Assembly (NCBI GenBank): GCA_943787795.1
Contig: CALSNU010000005.1
Coordinates: 32,001-96,000 of the forward strand
Source of the DNA: an uncultured bacterium
Lineage (GTDB): Bacteria > Planctomycetota > UBA1135 > GCA-002686595
Direction of reading: 5' to 3'
DNA length: 64,000 nucleotides
Shown here: in pieces, positions 28,158 to 39,095 of the stretch
Position numbering within the stretch: the first letter of the stretch is position 1
How the letters are laid out: every line of letters starts with the position of its first letter
Made by a program: the position numbers and the translations under genes
Notes under the pieces: model-generated
Databases searched by the model: none
Seen by the model: only the letters and a program-made list of their open reading frames with translations
Told to the model about the DNA's origin: nothing

Positions 28158-29953
28158 CAGTTCTTCCCCCGCAGCTTGGGGTCGAGGGCGTCCCGGAGCC
28201 CGTCCCCGAGGATGTTGAGGGCGAGCAGGGTGGAGCCCATGGCACCTGCGGGGAAGACGACGAGCCACCAGTAGATCTTGATGGGGTTGATGGCCTGGGT
28301 GCCGTCCACGGCGAGCAGGCCCCAGCTGACCTTGGGCGGCTCGATGCCGAGACCCAGGAACGACAGGAAGGCCTCAAAGAGCATCACCGCGGGGATCGTG
28401 AGGGTCAGGTAGACGATCACGATGGAGAGGACGTTGGGGACCACGTGGGAGAGCAGGATGCGCGTGGTCGAGGCGCCGATGACCCGCGCCGCCTCGATGA
28501 ACTCGGTGTTCTTCAGGCTCAGCACCTGGCCGCGCACCACGCGCGCCATGGTCAGCCAGTAGATGGCGCCGATGACCAGGAAGAAGATCTTCTCCCGGTC
28601 GATGCCGAACTGATCCTCGAGCTCGGTGCGGTACTCGTTGACCACCGTGATCAGGAAGATGACCACGAAGATGAAGGGGATCGAATACAGTACGTCGACG
28701 ATGCGCATCATCAGGTTGTCGATGCGCCCGCCCATGTAGCCAGAGAACGCGCCGTACAGCACGCCGATGAGCAGCGAGCACAGGGACGCGATGATGCCGA
28801 CGATGATCGACGTGCGGCTGCCCCAGACGATGCGGGCGAGCAGGTCGCGGCCCTGCCCATCGGTGCCCATCCAGTTGCCGGTCTGCCACAGGCCGAAGGT
28901 CGCGATGCGCGCCCGGCGCAGGGCGCGGTCCATGGCGCCGACCAGTCCCTTGAACTCCCAGTACCCGTCCTCGTGGCGGGTCTCCATGTAGGTGACGCCG
29001 TCGATGGGGGAGGCCGCGAGGGAGGCGGCCACCCGGCGTCCGAGGTCCATGGCCTCGACGCCCTCGAGGAGCTCGGCGTCGACGGTCTGGGCGCCGCTGG
29101 GCTCGCCGCCCCAGGACACCGCGGCGGAGCCGGGCAGCAGCGAGCCGTTGAGGAGCACCGCGGTGGGGAGCGCGTCGAGCTCGGTGGAGAGGCGGTAGGC
29201 GACGATCCAGTCGCCCAGGCCGGGGAGCGGCTCGGCGCGACCGAGGAAGAGCCTGATCGAGGCGCCCCGCGCCTCGACGGTCCAGCCCGCGACCTGGCCC
29301 ACGTCGAAGGCGGCCCCGTCCGCCCCGGTCAGGCGCAGGGAGTGGACGGCGCCGGTGGGCTCGGGATCCCCAGGTGTGAGCACCTCCCAGCAGGAGGCGG
29401 TCCCGGCGATCCCGGTGGGGCCGTAGTCCACCTGCGGCGCGTCGCCCTCCGTCATGGGGACCGAGGCGTAGGCCTGGAGCCCGTCCCCCTCGTCGGCGGG
29501 ATAGACCTCGACCACGGCGCCCCGGCTGCTGACCTCCTGGACGCGGGCGCGGGCGGCCTCCGCGGCCGCCTCGTCCTGCGCGCCGAGGATGATGGTGGAG
29601 CGGTGGCGCCACCCGTCGTTCCACAGGTTGCGCGTGGCGCGGGTGGTGGCCGCCCCGCGGTCGGGGGCCTTGGTCGGCGCTGCCGGGACGCTCCAGACCC
29701 ACTCCGGAGTCCCGGGCTCGTCCCGCAGGGAGATGGCCTTGGGCGAGGGGAGCGGCAGGAACGGCGCGAGGAGCGAGATCCCCGCGAAGGCTGCGAGGAA
29801 CAGGAGCGCGAGGAACGCGGCGCGGTTACGCCGGAGCCGACGCCAGGCGTCGGACCACAGGCTCTCGCCCTTGAACTGGCGCGCCTCCTTCGTGAGCCGC
29901 GCGAGCTCGGCCTCGTCGATGGACCAGCGGGAGTCTTGAGGAGCGTCGCTCAT
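28157..29953 (-). CDS. oppC: oligopeptide ABC permease with large extracytoplasmic insertion
   Basis: SLWSDAWRRLRRNRAA, GTDGQGRDLLAR, EFIEAA..IGA and LGDGLRDALDPK. Confidence 0.9.
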
Positions 29954-29954
29954 C

Positions 29955-30986
29955 TCACTCGTCCTCCAGCGTGATGCGCGGGTCGAGCAGCGTGTACGCC
30001 ATGTCGACCACCGTGTTGAGGGTGTAGACGAGCACCGTGAAGAGGATCGTCACGCCCATGGCGAGGGTGTAGTCGCGGTTCGTCGCGGCGTTGATGAAGT
30101 GCGAGCCGGTGCCGGGGATGAAGAAGATCTTCTCGATCACGAGGCTGCCCGTGAGGATGCCGGCGGTGGCCGGTCCGAGGTAGGACACCACGGGGAGCAG
30201 CCCGCCCTTGAGGGCGTGGCGCATGACCACCGTGCGCGGCGCGAGCCCCTTGGCGTGGGCCGTCCGGATGTAGTCCGCGCTCAGGGTCTCCAGCATGCCC
30301 GTCCGAGTGAGACGGGCGATGTAGGCGGCGAACACGAGGCCCAGGCAGAAGCCGGGCAGGAGCATGTGCTGGATCGTGCCCCAGCCGGCCACCGGCAGGA
30401 GCGGGATCAGGAACACGAACAGGATCACCAGGAAGCTCGCGATGACGAAGTTCGGCAGGGCGATGCCGCCGGTGGCTGCGATGCGCAGCGTGAGGTCGAG
30501 CCCCGAACCTGGCCTCAGGGCCGAGGCGATGCCCGCAGACACGCCCAGGGCGATGGCGAACATCATGGACAGCACGCCGAGCAGCGCGGAGATCGGGAGG
30601 CTCTCCTCGAGGATGTCGTTGACCGTGAAGTCCTTGTAGCGGAACGACGGGCCGAAGTCCCCGGTCAGCACGCCGCCGAAGGCGCGGGTCGGCTCCCCGG
30701 CCGCGTCCTCAGACCTCCACAGCGAGAACCCGCCCTCCTCGTCGAAGGCGGCGAGGGCGCGCTGGTCATCCAGGTTGAAGGGCCCGACGTACTGCAGGTA
30801 CTGGCGCCACAACGGCCAGTCCAGGTGGTAGCGGGCCTTGATGTTGGCCTCGATGACCGGGTCGAGCTTGCGCTCCCCGTCGAAGGGCCCGCCCTTCACC
30901 GAGTGCATCAGGAAGAAGGACACGGTCATCACCGTGGAGATGGTGATGACGAACCAGAGGAAGCGTCGGGCGAGGAAGCGCAGCAC
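29955..30986 (-). CDS. oppB: oligopeptide ABC permease
   Basis: GGPFD.E, GDFGPSF, DYIRTAHAKGL and LLDPRI. Confidence 0.93.
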   Translation of the reverse strand: MLRFLARRFLWFVITISTVMTVSFFLMHSVKGGPFDGERKLDPVIEANIKARYHLDWPLWRQYLQYVGPFNLDDQRALAAFDEEGGFSLWRSEDAAGEPTRAFGGVLTGDFGPSFRYKDFTVNDILEESLPISALLGVLSMMFAIALGVSAGIASALRPGSGLDLTLRIAATGGIALPNFVIASFLVILFVFLIPLLPVAGWGTIQHMLLPGFCLGLVFAAYIARLTRTGMLETLSADYIRTAHAKGLAPRTVVMRHALKGGLLPVVSYLGPATAGILTGSLVIEKIFFIPGTGSHFINAATNRDYTLAMGVTILFTVLVYTLNTVVDMAYTLLDPRITLEDE

Positions 30987-30989
30987 GGC

Positions 30990-32780
30990 TCAGTCGCCTC
31001 CCTCGCCGACGGCCGGGGCGGTGCCCTTGGGGTGAGCGGGGGGGTAGAGACCGTCGCGCGGCCCCCAGGCCTCCACGGGCTGCATGTCGTCACGGCCCTC
31101 CAGGCGCGCGCGCTTCGCCGCCAGCTCCTCCTCGTCCATCCAGTACCAGAACTTCGGGAAGTGCTCGTCCTTGACGTTGGGGAAGTAGCCGCCGAGGCGC
31201 GGGCTGAAGGTGGTCTGGGTGACGTAGTTGTAGATCGGCAGCACGGGCAGCTCCTCCACCAGGATGGCCTCTGCCTGCTGGAGCATGGCCATGCGCTTCG
31301 CGGGGTCGAGCTCCGCTGCGGCGTCGCGCACCAGGGCGTCGTAGGCCGCGTTGCCCCACCCGGTCTTGTTGTTCTCGCCGCCGGTCACGAACAGGTCCAC
31401 GAAGTTGTTGGGGTCCGCGTAGTCGCCGATCCAGGCGGAGCGCGAGACGTCGTAGCCGACGTTGGACTGGGTGTCGAGGTACACCTTCCACTCCTGGTTC
31501 AGGAGCTTGGCGTTGATGCCGAGGTACTTGGACCAGGCGTCCGCGATGACCAGCGCGATCTGCATGTGCGCGTCCGCGGTGTTGTAGTGGATCTCGATGG
31601 TGGGGAAGGTCTTGCCGCCGGCGCCGTAGCCGGCCTCCGCGATCAGCCGCTTGGCCTCGGCCACGTCCGCCTCATAGGTCGCGCCGTGGGGCATGTTCGC
31701 GTTCGTGTACCCGGCGAGGCCGGGGGGCACGAGGGCGTAGGCGGGGACCTGGCCGGCCTTGGTCACCTTCTCGCAGATGTCCTGCCGGGGGATCGTCAGC
31801 GACAGCGCGCGACGGACGCGCGCGTCATCCAGGGGCGGCTTGGTGACGTTGACCCGGTAGAAGTAGGTGCCCAGGTAGGGGATGGGGTTGAAGTCCTCCC
31901 GGGGCATCAGCTCCTGGATGACGTTGGCCGGGGGCACGTCGATCCAGTGGCACTCGCCCGTGAGGTAGAGGTTGAGCGCCGTCGTGTACGACTCCACGGC
32001 CAGGGCGTCGACGGTCTCGAAGGCGACGTTGTCCGCGTCCCAGTAGCTGGGGTTCTTGACGAAGCGGATGCGGTCGTTCACGCGGCGGAACTCCACCACG
32101 TAAGGCCCGTTGCAGACGATGTTCTCGGGGCGCAGCCACTGCTGCTGCCAGCGGTCCGGGAAGCGCTCCTTCGCCTCCTCGATGTTGCGCCGGTTCACCG
32201 GGAACATCGGGTAGAACGCCATGAGCTCCAGGAAGAAGGGCGTCGGCGCCTTGAGCCGGAAGCGGATCGTGTACTCGTCGGGCGCGGTGATCCCGACCGT
32301 GTCGAACCCGTGCATCGCCTTGCCGTCCTCGACCTCCGTGGTGAACGCCTCGGCGCCATCCACGTACCAGAGCATGTAGGCGTACTCGGCCGCGGTCTGG
32401 GGGTCGAGGAAGCGCTCGAAGGACCACATGAAGTCCTCGGCGGTGACCGGGTCGCCGTTGGACCAGAGGGCGTCTCGGCGCAGGTGGAACGTGTACTCGA
32501 GGCCGTCCTCGGACACCTCCCATCGCTCTGCGACCCCCGGGAGGGGTTCAAGTGTCTCGGGGTGAGACACGAGCAGGCCCTCGAAGAGCATCCGGATGGC
32601 CCGTCCCTCGGGCACCCCGGTCACGGTCGCGGGGTCCAGGGTCTGGACCTCGGTGCCGTTGTTGAAGACGAAGTCGGCGGGCTCGAGGCGGGCCCCACGG
32701 GTGGCGTAGATCGCCCCCCCGAGGAGGCTCGCCAGGAGGGCGACGGGGATGACCTGGCGGGCGATGCGTTGGAGGGCCAT
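30990..32780 (-). CDS. oppA: oligopeptide ABC substrate-binding protein
   Basis: EVQTLDP, PGVAERWEVSEDGLEYTFHLR..A.WSNGDPVTAEDF, NGPY and WIGDYADP. Confidence 0.93.
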   Translation of the reverse strand: MALQRIARQVIPVALLASLLGGAIYATRGARLEPADFVFNNGTEVQTLDPATVTGVPEGRAIRMLFEGLLVSHPETLEPLPGVAERWEVSEDGLEYTFHLRRDALWSNGDPVTAEDFMWSFERFLDPQTAAEYAYMLWYVDGAEAFTTEVEDGKAMHGFDTVGITAPDEYTIRFRLKAPTPFFLELMAFYPMFPVNRRNIEEAKERFPDRWQQQWLRPENIVCNGPYVVEFRRVNDRIRFVKNPSYWDADNVAFETVDALAVESYTTALNLYLTGECHWIDVPPANVIQELMPREDFNPIPYLGTYFYRVNVTKPPLDDARVRRALSLTIPRQDICEKVTKAGQVPAYALVPPGLAGYTNANMPHGATYEADVAEAKRLIAEAGYGAGGKTFPTIEIHYNTADAHMQIALVIADAWSKYLGINAKLLNQEWKVYLDTQSNVGYDVSRSAWIGDYADPNNFVDLFVTGGENNKTGWGNAAYDALVRDAAAELDPAKRMAMLQQAEAILVEELPVLPIYNYVTQTTFSPRLGGYFPNVKDEHFPKFWYWMDEEELAAKRARLEGRDDMQPVEAWGPRDGLYPPAHPKGTAPAVGEGGD

Positions 32781-33075
32781 GGGAGCGCTGAAGCGGCGGG
32801 ATGGGGGCCGGGCCGGCCGAGTCTAGGGCATCGGGCCCGCGGCCGGGCCCGATGCCTCCAGCTCCGGCTCAGGTTGGGCGCTGGCGCCCCGGGGTAAACA
32901 GGCACGGGCGGAGGCATGTGCGCCTCGGAGGCTGAGCGCGTGGGAGGCTGGCCGGCTGGGCGCCTGCCCGTGGAGGGTCAAGGGAGCCTGCTGAGGCGCC
33001 GACCCCCTGGGCAACGGATCTGTTGCGTTCAAGAACACCATTGCGATCACCGCCTTGATGCTCGACGCTGGGCAC

Positions 33076-33720
33076 ATGGAACGACGTGACTTCATGAAGG
33101 CGACGTCGCTCGCCGCGGCGGCGGGAGCGGTGAGTATGTCGAGCGGTTGCCAGGCCCCTGGGGCCAATGAGGGACCGCCTGGAGACGGCGCGCAGGAGCA
33201 GCCCGCGCCCGGTTCGCTGGACGCGATCTTTGCCGAGCACATGGAGGCCGAGCTGGCGGGGGACCTGGACAAGACCATGGCGACCATGACGCCGAACCCG
33301 CACATCGTGAACATCCCCACGATGATCGGCGGCCAGGGACCGGCCGGCGTGCGGCAGTTCTACGCCAACCGCCTGATCGGACAGTTCTTCCCGGAGGACG
33401 TGCAGTTCGAGACCATCTCGGAGACCGCCTCAGACAAGCACCTCGTCACCGAGATGGTCATCTCCTTCACGCACACGATCGAGATGGACCACATCCTCCC
33501 GGGCGTCGAGCCCACGGGGAAGTTCGCCGAGGTGGTGTTTGTGGTCATCGTTGGCTTCAAGGACGGGAAGGTCGAGTTCGAGCACATCCACTGGGATCAG
33601 GCGAACCTCCTGGTCCAGCTGGGGCTGATCGACCCCGCCGGGCTGCCGCTCACAGGGGCTGGGGCCGCGGCGAAGCTCCGTGATCCCTCGACTCCGGACC
33701 CGTTCTACAGCGAGTCCTAG
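33076..33720 (+). CDS. Tat-exported SnoaL/NTF2-like (ester cyclase family) lipoprotein
   Basis: MERRDFMK twin-arginine signal and a lipobox-like SSGC. TMATM...P....PT..GG.G, LPGVEPTGK and EHIHWDQA. Confidence 0.8.
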   Translation: MERRDFMKATSLAAAAGAVSMSSGCQAPGANEGPPGDGAQEQPAPGSLDAIFAEHMEAELAGDLDKTMATMTPNPHIVNIPTMIGGQGPAGVRQFYANRLIGQFFPEDVQFETISETASDKHLVTEMVISFTHTIEMDHILPGVEPTGKFAEVVFVVIVGFKDGKVEFEHIHWDQANLLVQLGLIDPAGLPLTGAGAAAKLRDPSTPDPFYSES

Positions 33721-33728
33721 CTGGCGAC

Positions 33729-33803
33729 GGTGAGCCCCTGCTGGCCCGGTGAGTCTCTGCTGGCCCGGTGAGTTTCTGCTGGCGCGGTGAGTCCCTGCTG
33801 GCG
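33729..33803. repeat. 19-bp tandem repeat x4 (GGTGAGYYYCTGCTGGCSC)
   Basis: Visible directly after the stop at 33720, between convergent genes. Confidence 0.9.
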
Positions 33804-33884
33804 GGGGGGGATGCCGCTAGGCCGGTTGAATGCTCGTGGCCCGGATGGATGCTGGCCAGCGGCGTCGAGCCCGGCCCTGGAGCC

Positions 33885-35051
33885 CTACTTGTCGAGCGCA
33901 ATCAGAGCCCCGATAGCGCCGTCCACGAGGCCCGGGACCCCGGGACCGGCGGCGTTGGCCGCCACGAGGTAGGCCCTGTTGGTTCCGGGCGCGACCCAGA
34001 CCGTGGCGAACCAGGTGGTGTTCGAGCCGCTGTGGGTCAGGGCCGTGCCCGCGGCCCACCCACGCTCCGTGACCATCCAGCCGCAGGCGTAGTCGTCCCG
34101 GCCGACCTCGACGAGCTTGGCCCGCGAGGCGGGGGTGAGGAACGGGGCGTCGGGATCCTCGGCCTCGGCGGCGGCGTCGGTGAACTGGAGCACGAAGCGC
34201 GCCCAGTCTGCGACGGGGAGGTGCACCGTCCCCGCCGGTCCGAGGGCGGCGTCGTTGTCGACCTGGATCGGGCGCGCGTTCCCCCGCTGGACCGTGTGGC
34301 CCCAGGGGGCGTCCTCCTTCCCGAGGGTCCCGGGGACCCCGAAGCCCGCCCCCTCGATGCCCAGGGGCTGAAAGACGTCGGTCACGATCAGCTCCTCCCA
34401 GGGGGCGTCGCGAGCGGCCTCGACCATGGCACCGGCGACCATATAGCCGAGGTTGGAGTAGAGGAAGCCGGTGCCTGGCGTGGCGGCCGGGGCCTCCTTC
34501 AGGGACGCGGCGGCGATCTCGAGGCGGCGTTCGCGCAGCGGCAGACCCTGGAAGGCCCTCCAGTTGGGCGCGTTCGCCGGCGCGCCGCTCGTGTGGCGGA
34601 GGAACTCGGTGAGGGTGGCCCCGCGGTAGCCCTCGTAAACCTTGGCCGCGAGGGCGGGCAGGACCTCCTCGAGGGTCGAGTCCCAGCGGAGGTGACCGGC
34701 GTCCACCTGTCGCGCCGCAAGCACGGCCGTCATGGCCTTCGTGTCAGAGCCCACGTGGACCGGATCGCCGGGCTGCATGGGGGCGTCGCTGCCGGCCTTG
34801 CGAAGGCCCCAGGCGGCGACCTGCGTTTCACCATCGGCCCGGGCGATGGCTGCCACGGCGCCCGGGACAAGGGCGCCTTCGAAGGCCCCAGCGAGGGCGT
34901 CCGTGATCGCCGGGGCCACCTGGGCGCGGCCGGCCGCCAGCGCAGGCGGCGCGGTCGTTTGTTTCTGGTCCAGGACGGCCTGGTGGGGTGAGCAACTGGA
35001 TGCGGCGAGGGTCGCTGCCAAGAGCACGCTCAACAGTCGAGTCGAAGTCAT
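33885..35051 (-). CDS. serine hydrolase, beta-lactamase class C-like lipoprotein
   Basis: Lipobox ASSC, SxxK (GSDTK), YSN and HSGS. Confidence 0.9.
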   Translation of the reverse strand: MTSTRLLSVLLAATLAASSCSPHQAVLDQKQTTAPPALAAGRAQVAPAITDALAGAFEGALVPGAVAAIARADGETQVAAWGLRKAGSDAPMQPGDPVHVGSDTKAMTAVLAARQVDAGHLRWDSTLEEVLPALAAKVYEGYRGATLTEFLRHTSGAPANAPNWRAFQGLPLRERRLEIAAASLKEAPAATPGTGFLYSNLGYMVAGAMVEAARDAPWEELIVTDVFQPLGIEGAGFGVPGTLGKEDAPWGHTVQRGNARPIQVDNDAALGPAGTVHLPVADWARFVLQFTDAAAEAEDPDAPFLTPASRAKLVEVGRDDYACGWMVTERGWAAGTALTHSGSNTTWFATVWVAPGTNRAYLVAANAAGPGVPGLVDGAIGALIALDK

Positions 35052-35219
35052 CGTGCAGGAGCGCCCGTGGGAGCGTGCTGGGCGCGGAGGGCGGAGAAGG
35101 GGTCCCTGGGCTGGATCGGGGAGGTCAACTGTCGCCACCCGCCGTCTGGCCACTAAGGTAGGGGTCCGCCTTCGCCCCGGCAAGGTCGGCGATCCATCCG
35201 CAGAGTTCCCGAACGCCCC

Positions 35220-37427
35220 ATGTCTGAACAGATGCACGAGTCAAAGCCCTCTCCCGCCCGCCCCTCGCGCTTGATCCTGGCCGTGGGACTCCTGCTCGTC
35301 ATCGGCGTTGGAGCCTTCATGGTCCTGGGCGGCGGTGACGAGGCGCCGAAAGAAACGGACGCCCCCGCGGAGACCACGCCCACGACCACGCCTACGACCA
35401 CGACCACGCCTACGACCACGACCACGACCACGCCTACGCCGGCTGCCGACTCACGAGCCGACGAGCCGAGCGAGGCTTCGTCCGACGCCGCGGTGGTGGA
35501 CCAGTTCCACCCCGCGATCGGGGACGGCAAGGCGCCGCTGTATGGGGGGCGAGCCATCGTTCACGTCCCGTCGCTGCCAGAGAACATGTGCTATCCGATC
35601 GAGAACTCGGCAGTGACCCGCCGCTTCCTCTACGAGACGCACGAGACCCTCTTGCTCCAGGACTGGTGGTCCCACGACTACGTACCCGACGCCGCCGCGT
35701 CGTGGGTCGAGGAGGACCTGGTGATCCTGAACGCGGACGCCCCGGTCGTCACAGGGGAAATCAAGGCCCAGGTCGTTCGCCGGGGCGAAGGAGAGACTGG
35801 CTTGCGAGAGGTGCGTGCCGTCTACGGCTCGATCACAGATGCGGGCGCCAACTGGACGATCTCGCCGATCTCGAAGGGGTCTTCAATCTCCGAGCCCGTC
35901 CAGGTTCCCAAGGGCGCCGTCGAGCGGGTCGAGCGCGGCACCGTGTTCACGGTCTCTCTGCGCGAGGGGATTCGTTGGCAGCCCTCGTTGCTCTACTCGG
36001 CCGAGCAGTCGGCCCAGTTCGGGGAGCAATTCCTCGACGCCGATGACGTCTATTACTCCTGGTCCGTGTATCGCAACCCGGAGGTGAACTGCGACGAGAA
36101 GCGCTTCCAGTTCGAGAAGATCTCAGACTGCGAGGTTGTGGATGATCTGACCGTGCGCTTCTTCTACGAGAAGCAATACGCCTACGCGCTGGAGTCGATC
36201 GGCACGTCGTTGACCCTCCTCCCGTCGCACATCTACAACCTGCTGGATGAGCAGTGCCCTGAGCACGACGAGGGGGCCTCGCTGAGCAAGCAGGCCGAGC
36301 ACCTGAACAAGAACCCCCACAACAAGATGTGGGTCGGCCTCGGGCCGTATCAGGTGACCGAGTGGACCCAGCAGTATGTGGAGGTCAATCGCTTCGTGGA
36401 CGCCGACGGTAATCCGGCCTACTTCGATGCTGCCGTTCGCCCCGGTTACTTCGACACGATTCGCTGGCGCTACATCGACAACGACGAGGCCGCCATGAAC
36501 GCGCTGCTCAACGGAGAGGTCGACTTCTTCGAGCGTGTGAAGTCAGAGGATTACTTCGGCGGTCGGGCCACGAGCGAGTCGTTCCAGGAGGAGTTCTACA
36601 AGGGCTTCTATTACATGGGTGCGTACGGTTACACCGGCTGGAACCTCTATCGACCCCAGGTCAAGGATATCGCCGTCCGTAAGGCCATCGCGATGGCCTT
36701 CGATTTTCAGACCTACCGGAAGACCCAGTACAACGGCCTTGCGCGCCAGATCACGGGGCCGGTGCCTTACCAGAGCGAGGGGTATCCCCGGGACATGGCC
36801 GCGCTGCCCTACGACCCCGACGGGGCGCTCGACATGCTCGAGGGTGCCGGTTGGTACGATCGAAATGGAGACGGGATCGCCGACAAGGACGGGGTCGAGC
36901 TCGTGATCGAGTTCCTCTATCCCAGCGGCAACGATGCCTCAAAGCTCTTCGGCATCGCGCTGCAGTCGGCGGTGGAGGACCTTGGGATCAAGATCAACCT
37001 CGCCTCCTTGGAGTGGGCGACCTTCCTGGAGCGGATCAAGTCTCGGGAGTTCGACGCATGCAACCTGGCCTGGGTGCCGCCCCTCGAGTCGGACCCGGAG
37101 CAGCTGTGGCACTCCAAGTGGGGCGCGCGGGACAAGAAGTCCTCCAACAACTCCGGCGTGATGGATCCCAAGATTGACGCGATGATCGAGGGGATCCAGG
37201 CGGAGATTGACCGTGAGGCCCGCATGGCGCTCTGGCGCGAATTCCACCGCTACATTTACGAGGAAGTTCAGCCCTACCTGTTCATGTACAACGTCCCGAA
37301 GAAGTTCGGCGCCTCCCTCAAGGTGCGCGGGATTCGCAACTCGGCGATCGACCCCGGCTACGTGATCCGCGACTGGTACTTTGTGGATCCGTCGGTCAAG
37401 GGGACGCGCGAGAGCCTCGAGAAGTGA
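35220..37427 (+). CDS. peptide/nickel family-5 ABC substrate-binding protein, membrane-anchored, Thr-rich linker
   Basis: N-terminal TM helix, (T/P)n linker, VGLGPY, VRKAIAMAFD, GWYDRNGDGI and DPEQLWHS. Confidence 0.9.
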   Translation: MSEQMHESKPSPARPSRLILAVGLLLVIGVGAFMVLGGGDEAPKETDAPAETTPTTTPTTTTTPTTTTTTTPTPAADSRADEPSEASSDAAVVDQFHPAIGDGKAPLYGGRAIVHVPSLPENMCYPIENSAVTRRFLYETHETLLLQDWWSHDYVPDAAASWVEEDLVILNADAPVVTGEIKAQVVRRGEGETGLREVRAVYGSITDAGANWTISPISKGSSISEPVQVPKGAVERVERGTVFTVSLREGIRWQPSLLYSAEQSAQFGEQFLDADDVYYSWSVYRNPEVNCDEKRFQFEKISDCEVVDDLTVRFFYEKQYAYALESIGTSLTLLPSHIYNLLDEQCPEHDEGASLSKQAEHLNKNPHNKMWVGLGPYQVTEWTQQYVEVNRFVDADGNPAYFDAAVRPGYFDTIRWRYIDNDEAAMNALLNGEVDFFERVKSEDYFGGRATSESFQEEFYKGFYYMGAYGYTGWNLYRPQVKDIAVRKAIAMAFDFQTYRKTQYNGLARQITGPVPYQSEGYPRDMAALPYDPDGALDMLEGAGWYDRNGDGIADKDGVELVIEFLYPSGNDASKLFGIALQSAVEDLGIKINLASLEWATFLERIKSREFDACNLAWVPPLESDPEQLWHSKWGARDKKSSNNSGVMDPKIDAMIEGIQAEIDREARMALWREFHRYIYEEVQPYLFMYNVPKKFGASLKVRGIRNSAIDPGYVIRDWYFVDPSVKGTRESLEK
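35374..35440 (+). repeat. ACCACG-type coding microsatellite (Thr/Pro linker)
   Basis: Encodes TTPTTTPTTTTTPTTTTTTTPTP. Confidence 0.85.
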
Positions 37428-37476
37428 GGGGCGGGTCCGGCACCGGGTATCCCCGGCCGGACGGAGCCAAAAAGCA

Positions 37477-37513
37477 GCGGCCCGCTGTCGAGTCGGACTC
37501 GACAGCGGGCCGC
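37477..37513. terminator. perfect 18-bp inverted repeat between SBP and permease genes
   Basis: GCGGCCCGCTGTCGAGTC-G-GACTCGACAGCGGGCCGC, preceded by an A5 tract. Confidence 0.7.
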
Positions 37514-37574
37514 CCCTGTTGTCTGATGGGCCGCCTACAAGGCGCCCCGACCCTCACCGAGTCCCTTCCCCAAC

Positions 37575-39095
37575 GTGCTCGCCTATATTCTGCGCAGACT
37601 CCTGCTGATGATCCCGACAACGATCGGGGTCACGCTGGTGATCTTCTCGCTCTACCACATTGCCCCCGGCGACCCCGCGCTCATCGCGGTGGGCAGCCAG
37701 AGCGATGCGGACCTGGGCGCCGCGAGCGACAACGAGTCGCAGATCGACAAGTTCCGGCGCGAGCACGGCCTCGATCGGAACATCGCGATCCAGTTCCTCG
37801 ACTATGTCGGGCCCTTCAACCTCAGCGCTGACGGGCACGCCTGGTTCAGCTCACCGCGCTCGGAGCGGGTGGTGGATGAGCGCGACGTACCGGGTGATGG
37901 GGGAGAGACCATCGCGGAGGGCCGCCCCGCGCCCATCGAGCACCTCTACGAGACGTCGGTTGAGGAGCGTGCCACCCTGGACGAGCTCGTGACCGCCCTC
38001 GTCGAGTCGCCCTCCACCGATGGAGGCGGCGAGGCGAGCGCCGCAGCTCAGGCCGCCCTGGTGGACTTCGCCGCCGAATCTCCGGGGCAGCGGGACAAGG
38101 CGCTCGCTCGCGTCTTCCAAGGGCTCTTCGATCAGCGCCTCGGCGGCCCGACCCAGGAGCCCGTGATCCAGCGGGTCTCTGGCTGCCTCGCGGCGATCAC
38201 CGGCGCGGCTCCTGAGCTCTCCGAGGGGCTCACCGAGCTGGACGGCCCCCGGCACGAGGTGCGGCGCTGGTTCGCTTGGTACTACACCGAGGGCGGCGGA
38301 GATCGGACGACCAACTCCGGTGAGAAGCCTTACGGCGGTCTGCTCGCGTTCGACCTCGGCGAGGAGATGCAGTCGGGCCAGTCGGTGCGCGAGGAGATCC
38401 TCAAGCGGCTGAAGGTGACCGTGCCCCTGAGCCTCGTCGCGGTCATCCTCTCCTATATCATCGCGCTGCCGCTCGGCATCGCGAGCGTACGGCGGCAGGG
38501 CACGGCGCTCGATGGCGGGTTGACCATCGTCCTGTTCGTCCTCTACTCCATCCCGACCTTTTGGGCGGGGCTGATGCTGGTGCTGATCTTCGGCAAGACC
38601 GGCACCGACCTGCTCCCGATCCTCGGTCTGCACGACAAGGACGCGGACCCCTCGAACACTCTCGCCTACGCTTGGGACACGGTGCTGCACTGCATCCTCC
38701 CGGTGCTGACCCTGACGTATGGCAGCCTCGCCTATCTCTCGCGTCAGATGCGGGCCGGGATGCTCGACGTGATCCGGCAGGACTACATCCGCACGGCCAA
38801 GGCCAAGGGCCTCAGCGATGACCGCGTCGTGTATCGCCACGCGCTTCGTAACTCGATGATCCCGGTGCTGACCCTCCTGGCGTCGATCCTGCCGATCCTG
38901 ATCGGCGGCTCGGTCATCGTGGAGTTCATCTTCGATATCCCGGGCATGGGCAAGTACGCGTACGAGGGCCTCTTGCGGCGCGACTTCTCGATCGTGATGG
39001 CAACCACCATCTTCGTCGGGGTCATGACCCAGTTCGGCATCCTGCTGTCCGACATCGCCTACTCCCTCGTGGATCCTCGGATCCGCCTCCACTGA
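37575..39095 (+). CDS. peptide ABC permease (OppB/DppB family) with insertion
   Basis: MLAYILRRLLLMIPT, APGDP, QDYIRTAKAKGL and LVDPRI. Confidence 0.92.
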   Translation: MLAYILRRLLLMIPTTIGVTLVIFSLYHIAPGDPALIAVGSQSDADLGAASDNESQIDKFRREHGLDRNIAIQFLDYVGPFNLSADGHAWFSSPRSERVVDERDVPGDGGETIAEGRPAPIEHLYETSVEERATLDELVTALVESPSTDGGGEASAAAQAALVDFAAESPGQRDKALARVFQGLFDQRLGGPTQEPVIQRVSGCLAAITGAAPELSEGLTELDGPRHEVRRWFAWYYTEGGGDRTTNSGEKPYGGLLAFDLGEEMQSGQSVREEILKRLKVTVPLSLVAVILSYIIALPLGIASVRRQGTALDGGLTIVLFVLYSIPTFWAGLMLVLIFGKTGTDLLPILGLHDKDADPSNTLAYAWDTVLHCILPVLTLTYGSLAYLSRQMRAGMLDVIRQDYIRTAKAKGLSDDRVVYRHALRNSMIPVLTLLASILPILIGGSVIVEFIFDIPGMGKYAYEGLLRRDFSIVMATTIFVGVMTQFGILLSDIAYSLVDPRIRLH

